Part shown: piece after piece, positions 23,222-34,802 of the stretch | Layout: every line of letters begins with the position of its first letter | Numbering within the stretch: the stretch's first letter is position 1 | Assembly (NCBI GenBank): GCA_052426225.1 | Contig: JBNJNM010000008.1 | Span: forward strand, 2,088,387 to 2,152,386 | Source of the DNA: Zancudomyces culisetae HAW-14-8 | Taxonomy: Eukaryota > Fungi > Kickxellomycota | Length of the DNA stretch: 64,000 bases | Direction: 5' to 3' | Program-made: the position numbers and the translations under genes | The notes under the pieces: model-generated | What the model was told of the DNA's origin: nothing | Databases searched by the model: none | Seen by the model: the letters and a program-made list of their open reading frames with translations, nothing else

Positions 23222-23614
23222 ATGCGCATTTCAAGTTATACATTGGTCATCCAGCTTCTTGCAGCTACTCAGACACTCCTAGTATCAGGTCATTGCGGTT
23301 GCAATTCCATGTCTTCTCGACCAACCTTGCAAGCTACAATATATTCAGCAATTGACCATTCTGGAAGTATAATAAACAATTTCCAGATGAGAAAGCATAA
23401 ATGCTATAACATTAAGCAGGGTGGCTCAGGAAGGTTTCTTAATCCCACTGATAAATCAGGAGGATTGTTGATGTGCAGAGAAAGAAACTGTAGCGGTGTA
23501 TGCACAGTAAACACCGATTTTATAACGCAGGGTGTGTGGAATTTCCCTCAAGATCTCAAGTCTGGTCCACTTTCTATCAGATGGGTATCAACAGGAAAAG
23601 TCCCAAACGAATAA
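23222..23614 (+). CDS. Small secreted Cys-containing protein, beta/gamma-crystallin-like family member 1
   Basis: Signal peptide; TATA at ~23110; motifs IYSAIDHSG, CYN, MCRERNCSGVC, LSIRW. Confidence 0.88.
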   Translation: MRISSYTLVIQLLAATQTLLVSGHCGCNSMSSRPTLQATIYSAIDHSGSIINNFQMRKHKCYNIKQGGSGRFLNPTDKSGGLLMCRERNCSGVCTVNTDFITQGVWNFPQDLKSGPLSIRWVSTGKVPNE

Positions 23615-24242
23615 ACTTCTAGATTGTTTTGCTTCACAATAGATTATTGCTTCAGAAAAAAGTTTAATTTGTAGGAATAATTAATTCTAGACTTCGTAAA
23701 CTTCCTCTCTAATAAAGTGACAATTAAAAATTCACTCAAATGCAAAACATTCATAGATTAAAAAAGGCTGTTTAAAGGGTTAATTTTTGACAAGTGCCAA
23801 TTTAACTGGTAAAGATAGAATTTTTTTTATCTTTTCGAATGTTTAGCTTATTGTCTCAAAGAGTCAACTCGATATTGTAAAATCAAATTTAAAGAAAATC
23901 ATAAAAAATATAAACATAAAAAGACTATAATTGTACTTCAAGGAAAAGCATTTAAAACAAAAATTCGTTCAATAGGTTTTTTCCACTTTGAGAACTCATA
24001 AATCTCATCAGTTTTTGGCTATTCCAAACAATATTTTGTAAAGTTAGCTTTTAATATAGAGGAGATTTAATTTATATTTAAGTTTGTTGCTAACTATAAT
24101 TGTTAATTTAATTTAAATTATTTATTATGAAAATACCTTTATTGGTTAAACATAAAAACTAGGGGTTTATAAAAATGCATTAAAATCACTGTAGGGTCAG
24201 GTACGATGAAAGAGAAAATATTAATTATCTAGAAAAATTAAT

Positions 24243-24662
24243 CTAGTAGTAGTATCCAGAGTATCCACCGTAGTATGGGTAGCTGTAACCGTAACCGTAG
24301 CCATACGATGGATATCCGTAGTATCCGCCATAGTATGGGTATCCATAATGTCCATACCACCAACGGTCATCGGTTCCATTTCCTGCATCACCACCTTCTG
24401 CTGAAGGATCAACAGTTTGAGCAGAATCATCGTCAGCTGGTGCAACTTCCTCCTCCTCGTCAGCACGCTTGCGGTAGGCTGGTGCAGCGAAGCGGTTGTT
24501 AAAGGCAGGGCGAGATGGTGGAGCATATCTTCCAAAGTCCTGGACCTGTTCCATAGGTGGTTGCATAGGTCCGACATTTGCTCTTGGTCTTGAAGCGGAT
24601 GCAGCATTTACTGAAACTGTGGCAACTGCAGCAGTGAAGAGTGCGAGTGTTGACTTTACCAT
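24243..24662 (-). CDS. Secreted precursor with an acidic spacer and a Tyr/Gly-rich C-terminal peptide
   Basis: Signal peptide ending VNA; RKR site; DEEEE spacer; DDR followed by WWYGHYGYPYYGGYYGYP...YYY. GC-rich codons; upstream TATA at ~24815. Confidence 0.9.
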   Translation of the reverse strand: MVKSTLALFTAAVATVSVNAASASRPRANVGPMQPPMEQVQDFGRYAPPSRPAFNNRFAAPAYRKRADEEEEVAPADDDSAQTVDPSAEGGDAGNGTDDRWWYGHYGYPYYGGYYGYPSYGYGYGYSYPYYGGYSGYYY

Positions 24663-25466
24663 TTTTGATATCTAGTTTAAAATGTGCGTTGTGTGTAGCT
24701 GATGCGCTAATGCAGTATTTTAATACAAATGATTATGATTATGCTTTAAATTGATACTTGAAGAATCTTCAACTGTTGATGATTTTTTATTTTGGCAGTG
24801 ATATCCTGACCCCTTTATACTTTTATTTTTTCTTGTTTGTAATCTACTTTAGTCTTTAAACTCTATTAATGGGATCCTATATCATCTTTAAAGAGATAGT
24901 GGAAGATTCTAATTTTAGAACGGTATAAACGAGTTTTTTTTGCACTAACTTTCTAAATTAGGGTTTAATCATAAACGATATAATTAACAGTTAGTAATAA
25001 TTGTACTATTATTAACCTAAAATGGTATATTGGATTTTTCTAAATACACTTACTTAGGTACCAGCGTTGTAGTACTAGCAAATAAAAGTTAAAGATTGTT
25101 GCGCTTAGTCTTATTTCAATTGGTAGATTAATTGATTTATAATGTTACCTAATACTATGTAATATTTTTGATTTTTGATTTTGTATCTAATTCGTTTAAA
25201 ATATCTATCCTTAATGAGAAATAAATAAAGTAATTAAAACGAGCGAAAAATATCTCATTGATGGAATCGGTATTTTCAACAAAACTCTGATTTAGATAAT
25301 AGTGTCATTTCTAAAAATAATATTGATATTTATAATATTCCTTTAAATGGAAAAACATAAACTAATATTGGGGGTGCACCTGGAAAAGAGGTAAAATAGA
25401 CAAAACTACCCGGTCCTGTAAACATTCCAATTCCACTAGCCATTATCTCAATTTTTTTCGACAAGG
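24603..25466 (-). promoter_or_regulatory. Promoter + signal-peptide block, duplicated at 29740..30606
   Basis: Collinear shared blocks: gtgttgactttaccat, gct(g/a)atgcgct(a/g)atgcagtat, cttcaa(c/t)tgttgatg, tcttat...aattggtagatta, tctaaaaataa, gacaaaa...ccg(g/t)tcctg, cgacaag. Confidence 0.8.
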
Positions 25467-25930
25467 ATTAGTCACTACTTATATCACTTATCCATTGTGT
25501 TTGTAATTTAGAATAAAATAAACGCCTATTTTGTATAATGTATTATTAAACCACGAAGCAACTACTATGAAACTCTCTAGCACAATGAACTTTATTTTTA
25601 TGTTCATGTAGTTATTTTGGTCCCGTAGGTGTTACTAATAGCAAAAATATATTATACAAGGGTTTACTGATTGAGTCTATTTATAGATTGATAACTACTT
25701 TAGAATATTAGTAGCTATGTTGATCCGATGTATTATTCTATTCAGTATTGTATATAATAGAATAATGATTCTTGTATTATTCTTATCAGTTTGCTTTGTT
25801 TGTATAAATGTTCCAGCTTTTTCTTTATTAAAGAACCAAAATACATTGAAACCTTTACCGATGTTAAAAGTTATAGATCGTTTAACTATTTTAAAATATC
25901 TTTGATTATAGACTCTAAACTCATTCAACC

Positions 25931-26470
25931 ATGTTTAAAAAGCTATTGATTTTGGTTGCGTTATTGCAATTCTGCCTAGCATCCTCAGATTTTCAGAAAG
26001 ACCTAGCATGTAAGGTTACAGTCACCAACGCATACCCTTGTACGGAACATACATATTGGAGAGATCTGAGCGGTGAAATACCTATGAATGCGGGAGACTG
26101 GTTCAAGTACTGGTCATTCTCATACAAGGACTTTGACAGAAATCAAATAAAATACTCAGGACACGATTTGCCTAATAGTGTAATCAGTCAGTATATTGGC
26201 TTTAATGTTGATTCAAATCTGAGAACAGGCGAATCTATATGTACTTGGGTCAAGGCTGGTGTTACAGTAAAATTTTTGGCCAGAACCTATATGAGATGTG
26301 TTGAACTCGATACTGTGAGTGACTGCAACGGAATGCAAACACGCTTGAGAACCAAAATCTGTGTAGACGAAAAATGGGATGCACTTGCATATGAAAGATA
26401 CTGTCATTGGAACAATTGTGGATTAGGGTGGGATGGACCTTTCTCAAAAGAAAAATCAGTGTTCTGTTGA
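25931..26470 (+). CDS. Secreted Cys-rich protein (179 aa), possibly aerolysin/ETX-MTX2-like
   Basis: Clear signal peptide MFKKLLILVALLQFCLA; 9 Cys in the mature part. The fold assignment is pattern-based only. Confidence 0.85.
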   Translation: MFKKLLILVALLQFCLASSDFQKDLACKVTVTNAYPCTEHTYWRDLSGEIPMNAGDWFKYWSFSYKDFDRNQIKYSGHDLPNSVISQYIGFNVDSNLRTGESICTWVKAGVTVKFLARTYMRCVELDTVSDCNGMQTRLRTKICVDEKWDALAYERYCHWNNCGLGWDGPFSKEKSVFC

Positions 26471-27020
26471 TTTTCTGAAACTGATTAGTACAACTGCTGG
26501 TATAGCTAGTGTTAGGAATAATACAAATTTTCATTTTCTATTTATAAACAATTTCATTATTTTTGTCTGTCGTGTGTGTTCCGGTGTAGATCGGGATTCA
26601 ATGATTTCAAATAATATTTTATTATCTACATAAACAATAACTATAAATATTTACATTGTAATCACAACTACAACTACAATTACTAATCCAATCCAAAAAC
26701 TTCAAACAATAACATAAAAATTATAAAATGAAAAATGAAAAATGAAAAATACAACTAAAAAGATTATTAGTTAGTAAATCAACCACAAAGATAAAAACAA
26801 ACTGAATATGATAACGAATGTAAGAACATAACTACAAGTAAAAAAACAGTAAAACAAGAATGAAACATAGGATAATTATATATAGCTATTAGTGGTTTTG
26901 TCGAAATAGTATATATAAACAAAAGTAGACTCATTAAAGATTCCTTAGCTCTTATAACAGTTTTAAGAAGACAGAATGTTAAGATATATAAGTAGTAACT
27001 GTGAACACAAGTTATTTAGG

Positions 27021-27300
27021 AATAGTGCTACGGCTAATCATAAATACTAGTTTAAAAAAAAACAAGAATAGCTATTAAAATCTCACAACTAACACATGTC
27101 AGGCTTCATGAGTAAATTTAGACCCAGATGAATCCAGTCAGAAAGAGATGAGGGCAGATACTCATCTGATAGTGACCGTTCGGAAGCCACTTCCATAGAA
27201 GTGGATCCCGAAATATCACGTGTCCCATTTGCTGAATTATGGATCATGTATTTTTGCAACTAAAGAACCCGTCAAAGGATGAGGCTGTCCCCAACCTCAC
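27021..27300 (+). repeat. Dispersed repeat / relic ORF start, copy B (homologous to 21159..21420)
   Basis: See copy A. Confidence 0.7.
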
Positions 27301-27801
27301 TCGACAGAACAGAAACTTAATATTATTATGCGAGCGTCAATATATAATGGAGTCACACCCAATATTCTACACAGCTAGCACAAATGATTGGCATTCAGAT
27401 TATTAGACAGACGACACCACATTGAATTGGTTAGTTTATTTATAAAGATTTATAACAAATGTTAACCATTATTTACACATCTATGTAAAGAGCACTAAAT
27501 ATTTACTTTCTATATCGAAGAAAAATATACCTGACTTCATGATATCAAATATCTCAACTAAAACGGTAATCAATAACCACATCTGATTAATATTGGAGAG
27601 TAGTTCATAAACTAATTGTATCTAGAATAGTGAAGCAAAATACTACAATACTCAAAAGTGTAAAAAATTATTATGGTTGGAGGTACATCCCTTTGTTTGT
27701 GAAAATTATAAAAAGAGAACTTTTTTTCAAGTCGGAAGAAGGTAAATCAAAACCGAATTATAATCAACAATTCATAATAGCATCGAAAAAAAAAAGCCAA
27801 A

Positions 27802-28227
27802 ATGATCAAGTCAGTAATTCTCAGTATATTCAGCATTGGTATACTTTATTTAGCTTTGCCGCAAAGTGCAAATTACCACACCTTACAAACAGCCTATGAG
27901 GATCAAATTTTAGAAACCAATCTTATCGAAAAAAACTTTAGGCGTGATAATATAGCAGTTCAGTTATTTGTTGGTGGTGGTTTCAAAGCTCTAAAAGGCA
28001 CCTTTAATGTCAAACCAAACACATGCTACAATGGGAGTAATTTTTCATCTGTTAAAATGGTTGGTGTGAATGAGAATAGAGGTGCCTTTATGGTCTGTAG
28101 AGAATATAACTGTAGTGGCAGCTGTTATGTCCATAATATGAGTAGTGGAAATGAGATTTATGATTCGTGGTTTTATATTGGTCAAGTCTATGCGGTATCT
28201 TATTTTTGGATTACTCCGTACAATTAA
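27802..28227 (+). CDS. Small secreted crystallin-like family member 2
   Basis: Signal peptide; RR propeptide site; LFVGGGFKA, PNTCYN, VCREYNCSGSC, VSYFW; TATA at ~27707. Confidence 0.85.
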   Translation: MIKSVILSIFSIGILYLALPQSANYHTLQTAYEDQILETNLIEKNFRRDNIAVQLFVGGGFKALKGTFNVKPNTCYNGSNFSSVKMVGVNENRGAFMVCREYNCSGSCYVHNMSSGNEIYDSWFYIGQVYAVSYFWITPYN

Positions 28228-28718
28228 TGCGATTCAAACCTACAAATGGATTTGATTTCATTTCCCAACTTGATCATAATTTAAACATACTTAAAGGTTA
28301 AAGATTTAAAGCAGATTTAGGAAACTTTTATTGTTATTTTTAAACTTTTTTATGAATAAACATACCAAACATATAGTATAAATAAATAGATTATGTGTGA
28401 AAAGAGATAAATTGACTTTACACCAAATTCTTTTGTCAAATTTCGTCAAAATTTCTTATTAATAATATAATGAAAGTGTAACAAAATGTATGTCAGTCTT
28501 CAGTTTATACATTTTACAAAATGCCAGATTTTATAAACGCTAGTTATTAGCTTATTATCGGTATAAAGATGTGAAAACTAAGAATTTCTATTAAATAATA
28601 AAGCTATAAAAACTGAAACGATAAAGAAAAGGCCCGAACTCAGGCTAATTAAACGCATAAAGTTGAGGGTTAATACTCAACGACTTGGCCGAGAATAAAA
28701 ATACTAGATTAATAGTCT

Positions 28719-29130
28719 AATATGTTTAGTTTGAAATGAAAATTATATTTATTTTGCGAATATCCAGATAAGATTATGTTTCACCCAGTTCTGCCCAATC
28801 TAGCACACAAATAAATGTAAGGAATCAAGAAAGTAGAAAAATAATCGGTAATATACTTTTACTTTCACTTTTGTTTTTATTAAGAAAAACCATTTACATA
28901 CTTTTAACCCTTCATTTTCAAAAATAATTTTATTATCGTGTTAGAAATTACTAAATAAATTTAGTGATCGCAGTCAGATACTAAATCGCTAACACTTGGA
29001 AATTTTTTCGAGTCAAAATATTTATGATCTAGGAAAGATTTCAAAATTATATAAAGATTAAGTAAACATAATTATATCTGGTGTTTTGTGTAATAATAAT
29101 AAGTTTTCAATACATTCAACTAAATATATT
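28719..29130 (+). mobile_element. Decayed DIRS 3' module, closest to element 2
   Basis: aatatgtttagt...gcgaatatccagata, then tttcacccagttctgcccaatctagc (compare element 2 cccacccagtcccgccctaacctagc). Ends acataattatatctgg...ttcaactaaatatatt. Confidence 0.85.
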
Positions 29131-29439
29131 AGAATAACCTCTTTTAACAAACTACCAGTAGGTATAGAATCTTTGAGAAAGTCGAGTAAGAAATGCTTAG
29201 TAGATATTATTTGGAGTTTTTTACCTACTAATCTTTGTGATATTTAGTATATTTGTGACAAGGTAAAATTTTGTACTCAAATTAAAATATATCTTTGTGT
29301 GTTTGTGTCACTTTGTTAACTATATTAAAGTTAATATGCTAATCAGTTTGATAATAGAATTGTAATTTTATTCAAGTATACGTTCAAATTAAATAAAAAC
29401 AAATTTACTACCAACTAAACTATGCTCTAAAGTAACAAT

Positions 29440-29799
29440 TTATTCGTTGGCGGCAAGACCGAATGCTATCCATTTCATAGAAAGAACGCTTGTACCGACA
29501 TCAAGATAGAAGTCCCAATTACCGGTTCTTATAAAATCGGTGTTTGCCGTACATACACCCTGACAATTTCTTTCCCTACACATTATAAGTGCTCCTGATC
29601 CATCAGTGGGGTTAAGGTATTGTCCCGATCTGCCAGGGTTAATGTTATAACATTGATGTTTTACCATCTGGAGTTCATCCACGACAGCACCAGAAAATCG
29701 ATATCCTGAAAATATTTTGGCATGCAGGGTTTGGAATTTAGCATTTACTGGAAACGTAGAAACTACGGCCGCAAGAAGTGCTAGTGTTGACTTTACCAT
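29440..29799 (-). CDS. Small secreted crystallin-like family member 3 (chimeric gene)
   Basis: Signal peptide MVKSTLALLAAVVSTFPVNA resembles that of 24243..24662. The mature domain aligns to 23222..23614 (LNPTD, MCRERNC.GVCT.NTDFI, C-terminal NE). Confidence 0.9.
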   Translation of the reverse strand: MVKSTLALLAAVVSTFPVNAKFQTLHAKIFSGYRFSGAVVDELQMVKHQCYNINPGRSGQYLNPTDGSGALIMCRERNCQGVCTANTDFIRTGNWDFYLDVGTSVLSMKWIAFGLAANE

Positions 29800-32261
29800 A
29801 TTTGATACTCGAATTTAAATAAAATTGTGACAAGCTAATGCGCTGATGCAGTATGAAAATGATGATGACTATAATATGTCTTTTTGTCTTGTATAAAGAA
29901 ACTTCAATTGTTGATGTACATCTTGTTTCAACAATATTCTGAACGTTTTACACTTTTTCCTTTCTCTCTGTTACATCTATGCTATCCTTGAAACTGCGTA
30001 AGGTGACCAATTGTAGTGTTTCCAATATATTTTAAAAAGTCTTCAATTTTTAGAAAGTCGAGAAAGCATCTAGGTTTCAAAGCGTTAGGCTGAATAAAAG
30101 TGTACTAAAAAATGATAATTTAGGTTTTATGTAATAAATAGTTTCTAATTTTAACCTTTGACAAGTTTTCTATAACTTTTAGTCACACTTTCAAGTGGTA
30201 TACTAGAACTAGTAATCTTATAAGGTAGTAGAGCAATTTTTTCTGCTCATGAATTGTGTCTTATCGTAATTGGTAGATTAAAAATAATTTTGTAATTTTT
30301 ATCTAATACTACACTAACTCTGTTCCGATAATTTAAATGCGTTTAATTCCAGCAAGTAAAAGCGGTTATGTAATAAAAATAATAAAAATAACACATTCAA
30401 AATCGATTTACTATTTGAAAAGGTTTATCTAAAGCGATATTTTTAATTCATCTAAAAATAACACTATTCCACAAAATTCCCATTAAAAAGAGAAAATAGA
30501 CCCATAAACTATTATACGTCCTTGAAAAAGATGTAAAACCGACAAAATGATCCGTTCCTGCAATTCCAAGGAACAATACTCTTTATTTCGATACTTCCCG
30601 ACAAGAGGTGGCAATTGGGTTTAATTATTAGATTGGTAATAATTACAAATCTGTTTTGAACCTAAAATTACGTTTCTATACCTCTCACCAACGAATACAC
30701 CAGATAACTAACAAGGCCAAAGAGCATTTTAAAAGACAAGATAGATTTCGAGTTTCTAGCCTCGAGAAAGACAGCACTTACACTAATAAATTATTCAAAG
30801 GCATTTTCTATTAATAAGTGAGTAGAATTAACCCGTGTTTTAAATCAAGGTGTATTATAAATCACACAATGTGATGTATTCATATGCTAATGATGCTTTC
30901 AGTTTACCTAATAATAATGGCCTTAATATATCTCGATACCAAGCTATTTGAAAGCTAAAGTAACGTGCAAAACATTCTTACAAAGATAGAAAAGAACTGA
31001 ATCAAATTGTTTTGAGTGTCTAAATAATAGCCTTATGAATAAATATTTACATGTTTTCATCAAAAAGAGTACACTTGGCTTATAATTATAAGTAAACAAA
31101 GCCCAATAAAGTAATATTAATCTTTATATGTGGCATGGTCAACCAGGAGACTACCCTAGCCTCATACTTGTTTTTATTTAGTATGTAAATACTGGAGTTT
31201 CAATAGTATACTCCAAGGTGTCGGTTCGATTTATCGTGAAATTGCGAGTTTTTAATGTTGATCCTTTTTCCTTCAACATTTAAGATTGTTTTTAAAAGTT
31301 GCTCATTAAATCTTATTTATAAAAAGATTAAATTACCTAAATTAGAATCATGCGCCTACCTAGTCTTGAAATTAACATGTAGAAGAGCCTAATTAATATG
31401 TCAATTATCTCTAAAGGCATAAATATAATTCGTACTATAATCCCGAAGTGAGGTTAATAACCATATTTGCTTAAAATGGGCCAATCAATTAAGCGCTAGA
31501 ATTTGAACAAATCTTTCAACCAATAAGAACTCGGTACATCTATCATTACAAATATTCTCGTATCACAATTATATAGGTATATGCAACATATTCAACAAAT
31601 TATAAATGCTGATTACGATATGATTTAAAATAGAATATGCAATTTCAAAAAAAACAAGCGTACTTCGGGTCATCTAGTACATGATAAATACTTTACAAAC
31701 CCTGAATGCCACCGGTACCGTTTATACTGTGATATGTCTTTTTTTAGATTTCACATTTCCCTCAAAAACCGGAATAGATTACTAAAAATAATTATTTTTC
31801 GCTTTCGTTCAAATGCAAACGACCAAAAATATTGGTTCTCTAAGTAAAAGCCTTTGTTTTTCTTTAATTTTTAGAGAACATCAAGGTAAAAGCATTGACA
31901 TTAGGTATCATAAAACAAGTTATCTTATTACATGTTAACTCTGATAGCTATTAACACACTTATAAATATAATAATCTAAATATAGTTCTACTATTCTGAG
32001 TGAGCTGATAGAGGAATGAATTCGTCATTGATTCGGATATATTGACAATAGTTGTAATGTCATTGTTACCAGCTATCTAGCAATTTCGACTAGTAACTTT
32101 TAATTCAATACACCATTAAACTTACAAACAAGAAGGTCACAACAAAAAAAGTATAAAAAGTCCAGGTTTTTTTCAGAATCCTATTCTATACAATTCAAAA
32201 ACATTTCAACTGTGTCCTAGATAAAAGGTGTTTAGATTAAATAGTCAAAAAATAAATTAAA

Positions 32262-32684
32262 ATGGTAAACATTTTGTTGACAACCGCAGTTTTGATTGCC
32301 TCAAAGCTTGTAGCTGGTGCTAGCATTCCAGATACCCAGACAAATATTTCTAAAAGGCAAGACGACGACAATCGCAACATCTGCTATGGAGACAATAAAA
32401 AGCAATACCCTAACAAATTTCTAAATATTGAAATGTTTGCACAAAGGTCAAGGATAAATAGAATTGGTTTCAAAACAATTAATCCAAATCGTTGCTATGT
32501 CATGCCAACTACTGGTTCCTGCTTGCTTAATGGTGGTACGCCTGGTGAAGGAACAATAATGTTCTGCACTGGAACCAACTGCGATGGTTACTGCCGGGCT
32601 CAGCCAAGACAAGTCTGGTATACCCCCGGAGATATGCAGAAAGATATTGGAGGGCTTGCAAATTCAGTTTATTGGACAATTTGA
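32262..32684 (+). CDS. Small secreted crystallin-like family member 4
   Basis: Signal peptide; KR Kex2-type site; PNRCYV, FCTGTNCDGYC, GGLANSVYW; TATA at ~32152. Confidence 0.88.
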   Translation: MVNILLTTAVLIASKLVAGASIPDTQTNISKRQDDDNRNICYGDNKKQYPNKFLNIEMFAQRSRINRIGFKTINPNRCYVMPTTGSCLLNGGTPGEGTIMFCTGTNCDGYCRAQPRQVWYTPGDMQKDIGGLANSVYWTI

Positions 32685-34538
32685 TAAGTGATGAAAGTGC
32701 ATTACTTCACGAGCCGTCAAGAACGCATTTAAATTTGCATAGTTACTCTTATTTTCATTATATCATTCACATTTAATTTAGCTACTATTTTATAGCATAG
32801 CATAAAAAAACTTTACAAAAATATATTCTCAGAATTTGTTTTTATATTAAATTAAAGCTGATCTGAAGATCTTTGAAGTATATATTGTATTTTTAGTGAT
32901 ATTATAGACAAATTATAAAACAACTTAATATATCTATGGAGACCGCTTAACTCTAGATTTTTGGTAGTGAAGTACCTAAAATGTAATTTAACTTTGTATA
33001 TGATATCAATTAGTCTATTAATTTTCTTAATGTAAATATGCTATTGTATCTAAAGTATATCGGACACATATGGACCATCAAAAATTGTTATTAAAATGTA
33101 TTCATTAATCGAGGAAAAACAGTGTAACTGATTTGAATCGTAAAGTAAATAGCACTAAAATAAACAGTTATACAAATAAAAACCCCGATAAAATCATCTC
33201 ATCTTAGCTTCTTTAATCTGTTGATTGTAGTACTAATTTCCATAGTTGCAGTCTATTGAGAAACCTAAAGTAGTTTAGATCAGACTCTATAGATGTTTTA
33301 TTTTTGGTTGCTGTTTTAATCTAGTAGAAATGTTTTATGCCCTACTTGGAGGCTATTGGCTACTAAGATATACTCGAGTAAAACAACTATAGTTTATAAT
33401 TAACAATATTGTGTACTATTATAATGTTCAGATGCAACAAATTAACTTTTCTAAAAATTTTATTAATTTTATAGAACAAACTCAAATGCATAACTGTCAA
33501 ATAAGAGTATCAATAAAATTAACTTACAAATTACAACTGATGAGAAATCCAATATGTTTAATATTTTGTTATTAATGTATGCATCGTCTATTTAGGCTAA
33601 ACTCGACTTTGTTCTCTCATAAGTAGATAATGAAATAGGCCTTGTATTATTTTTCAATATTTTAAAATATTCCAACTATTAACAATCATATTATGAAACA
33701 AATTCAATAATTTCTCAAAAGTCGAGACATTAATATTATTAATATATTATTTTCTTATTTATAATAAATAACACTTTTTTCATCTGTTTAGTAAATCAAA
33801 CTATTCTTGCTGTTCAGTTATACTTAACTTTCAAAAAGTATTAAAAAGTGCTTTCGTTCTTTTAAATTAAATGTAAACCACTCCATCTAAATTCTTTGAA
33901 CCTTTTTACCTACTAATCAGAAATTTAAGTGATAGGAAAAAGATAACCTTTTATTATAATGTAGCTATAAATGGTAATAAGCTTTAAATTGTAGAGTTTT
34001 CTCATACAGGCAGTTAAGTTTATAATTTGGGCCTTATTCAGCTGTTTTGCTCTGAATTACGAATTTCGCAATTGTTAATTGACTTCAACATATCAAAAAT
34101 AATAAATATAATTCTAGTAATCTTCGGATTAAAGTATTATACAATTGGTTAAGCTTGCAACGTATTCATTTGTTGAAAGATGTTGTAGATTCTATAAAAT
34201 ATATCATGTGACTATTTCATTCAAGTTGTGAAAAGACTACCTATTAGATTTACAGCTACATGGTATTTTAATAATCATAATTGTAGAATGGTTTGTGAAA
34301 ACCATTAATACCATATTTCCCATTTATAAATGAATTTAATTTTAAACTTAATTAGTATGTTTAGTTGAATAAAGAATAATAAATTGACATGAAAATGCAC
34401 GGTTAAAATTAAATCCTACCTACTCTTTATATAACTTCATAATCTTTTCTTGAGCAATTCTTTACCATGAATTCATTATTAAATGTTAGAATTTTTGCAA
34501 CTAAAATCTCATCAGTACTTTATAAAATGTATAGATTA

Positions 34539-34759
34539 TGTCGGACGTGACCGGGTGGATCACGTTCGTTTGTCGGGTTTCACATGGTTACAAGCTATTG
34601 ATTGATTATATCTTCCAAATCATGAAACGGGTCACGTGAGGAGATCGATTCAATTTCCATAGAAGACACTCAATGGTCGGTCGCTATCTGATGAATCGCG
34701 ACCATCATCTCGGAACTGCTGGATTATGGCTGTCCTGATTTGCTTTATGAGACCTGACA
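34539..34759. mobile_element. Putative solo LTR (~220 bp, GC-rich)
   Basis: TGTCGG...CCTGACA termini and a sharp GC contrast with the flanks. No clean TSD. Confidence 0.5.
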
Positions 34760-34802
34760 TTTAGATTTTATTAATTTTAATCTAATACTTTAAAATAATC
34801 TT

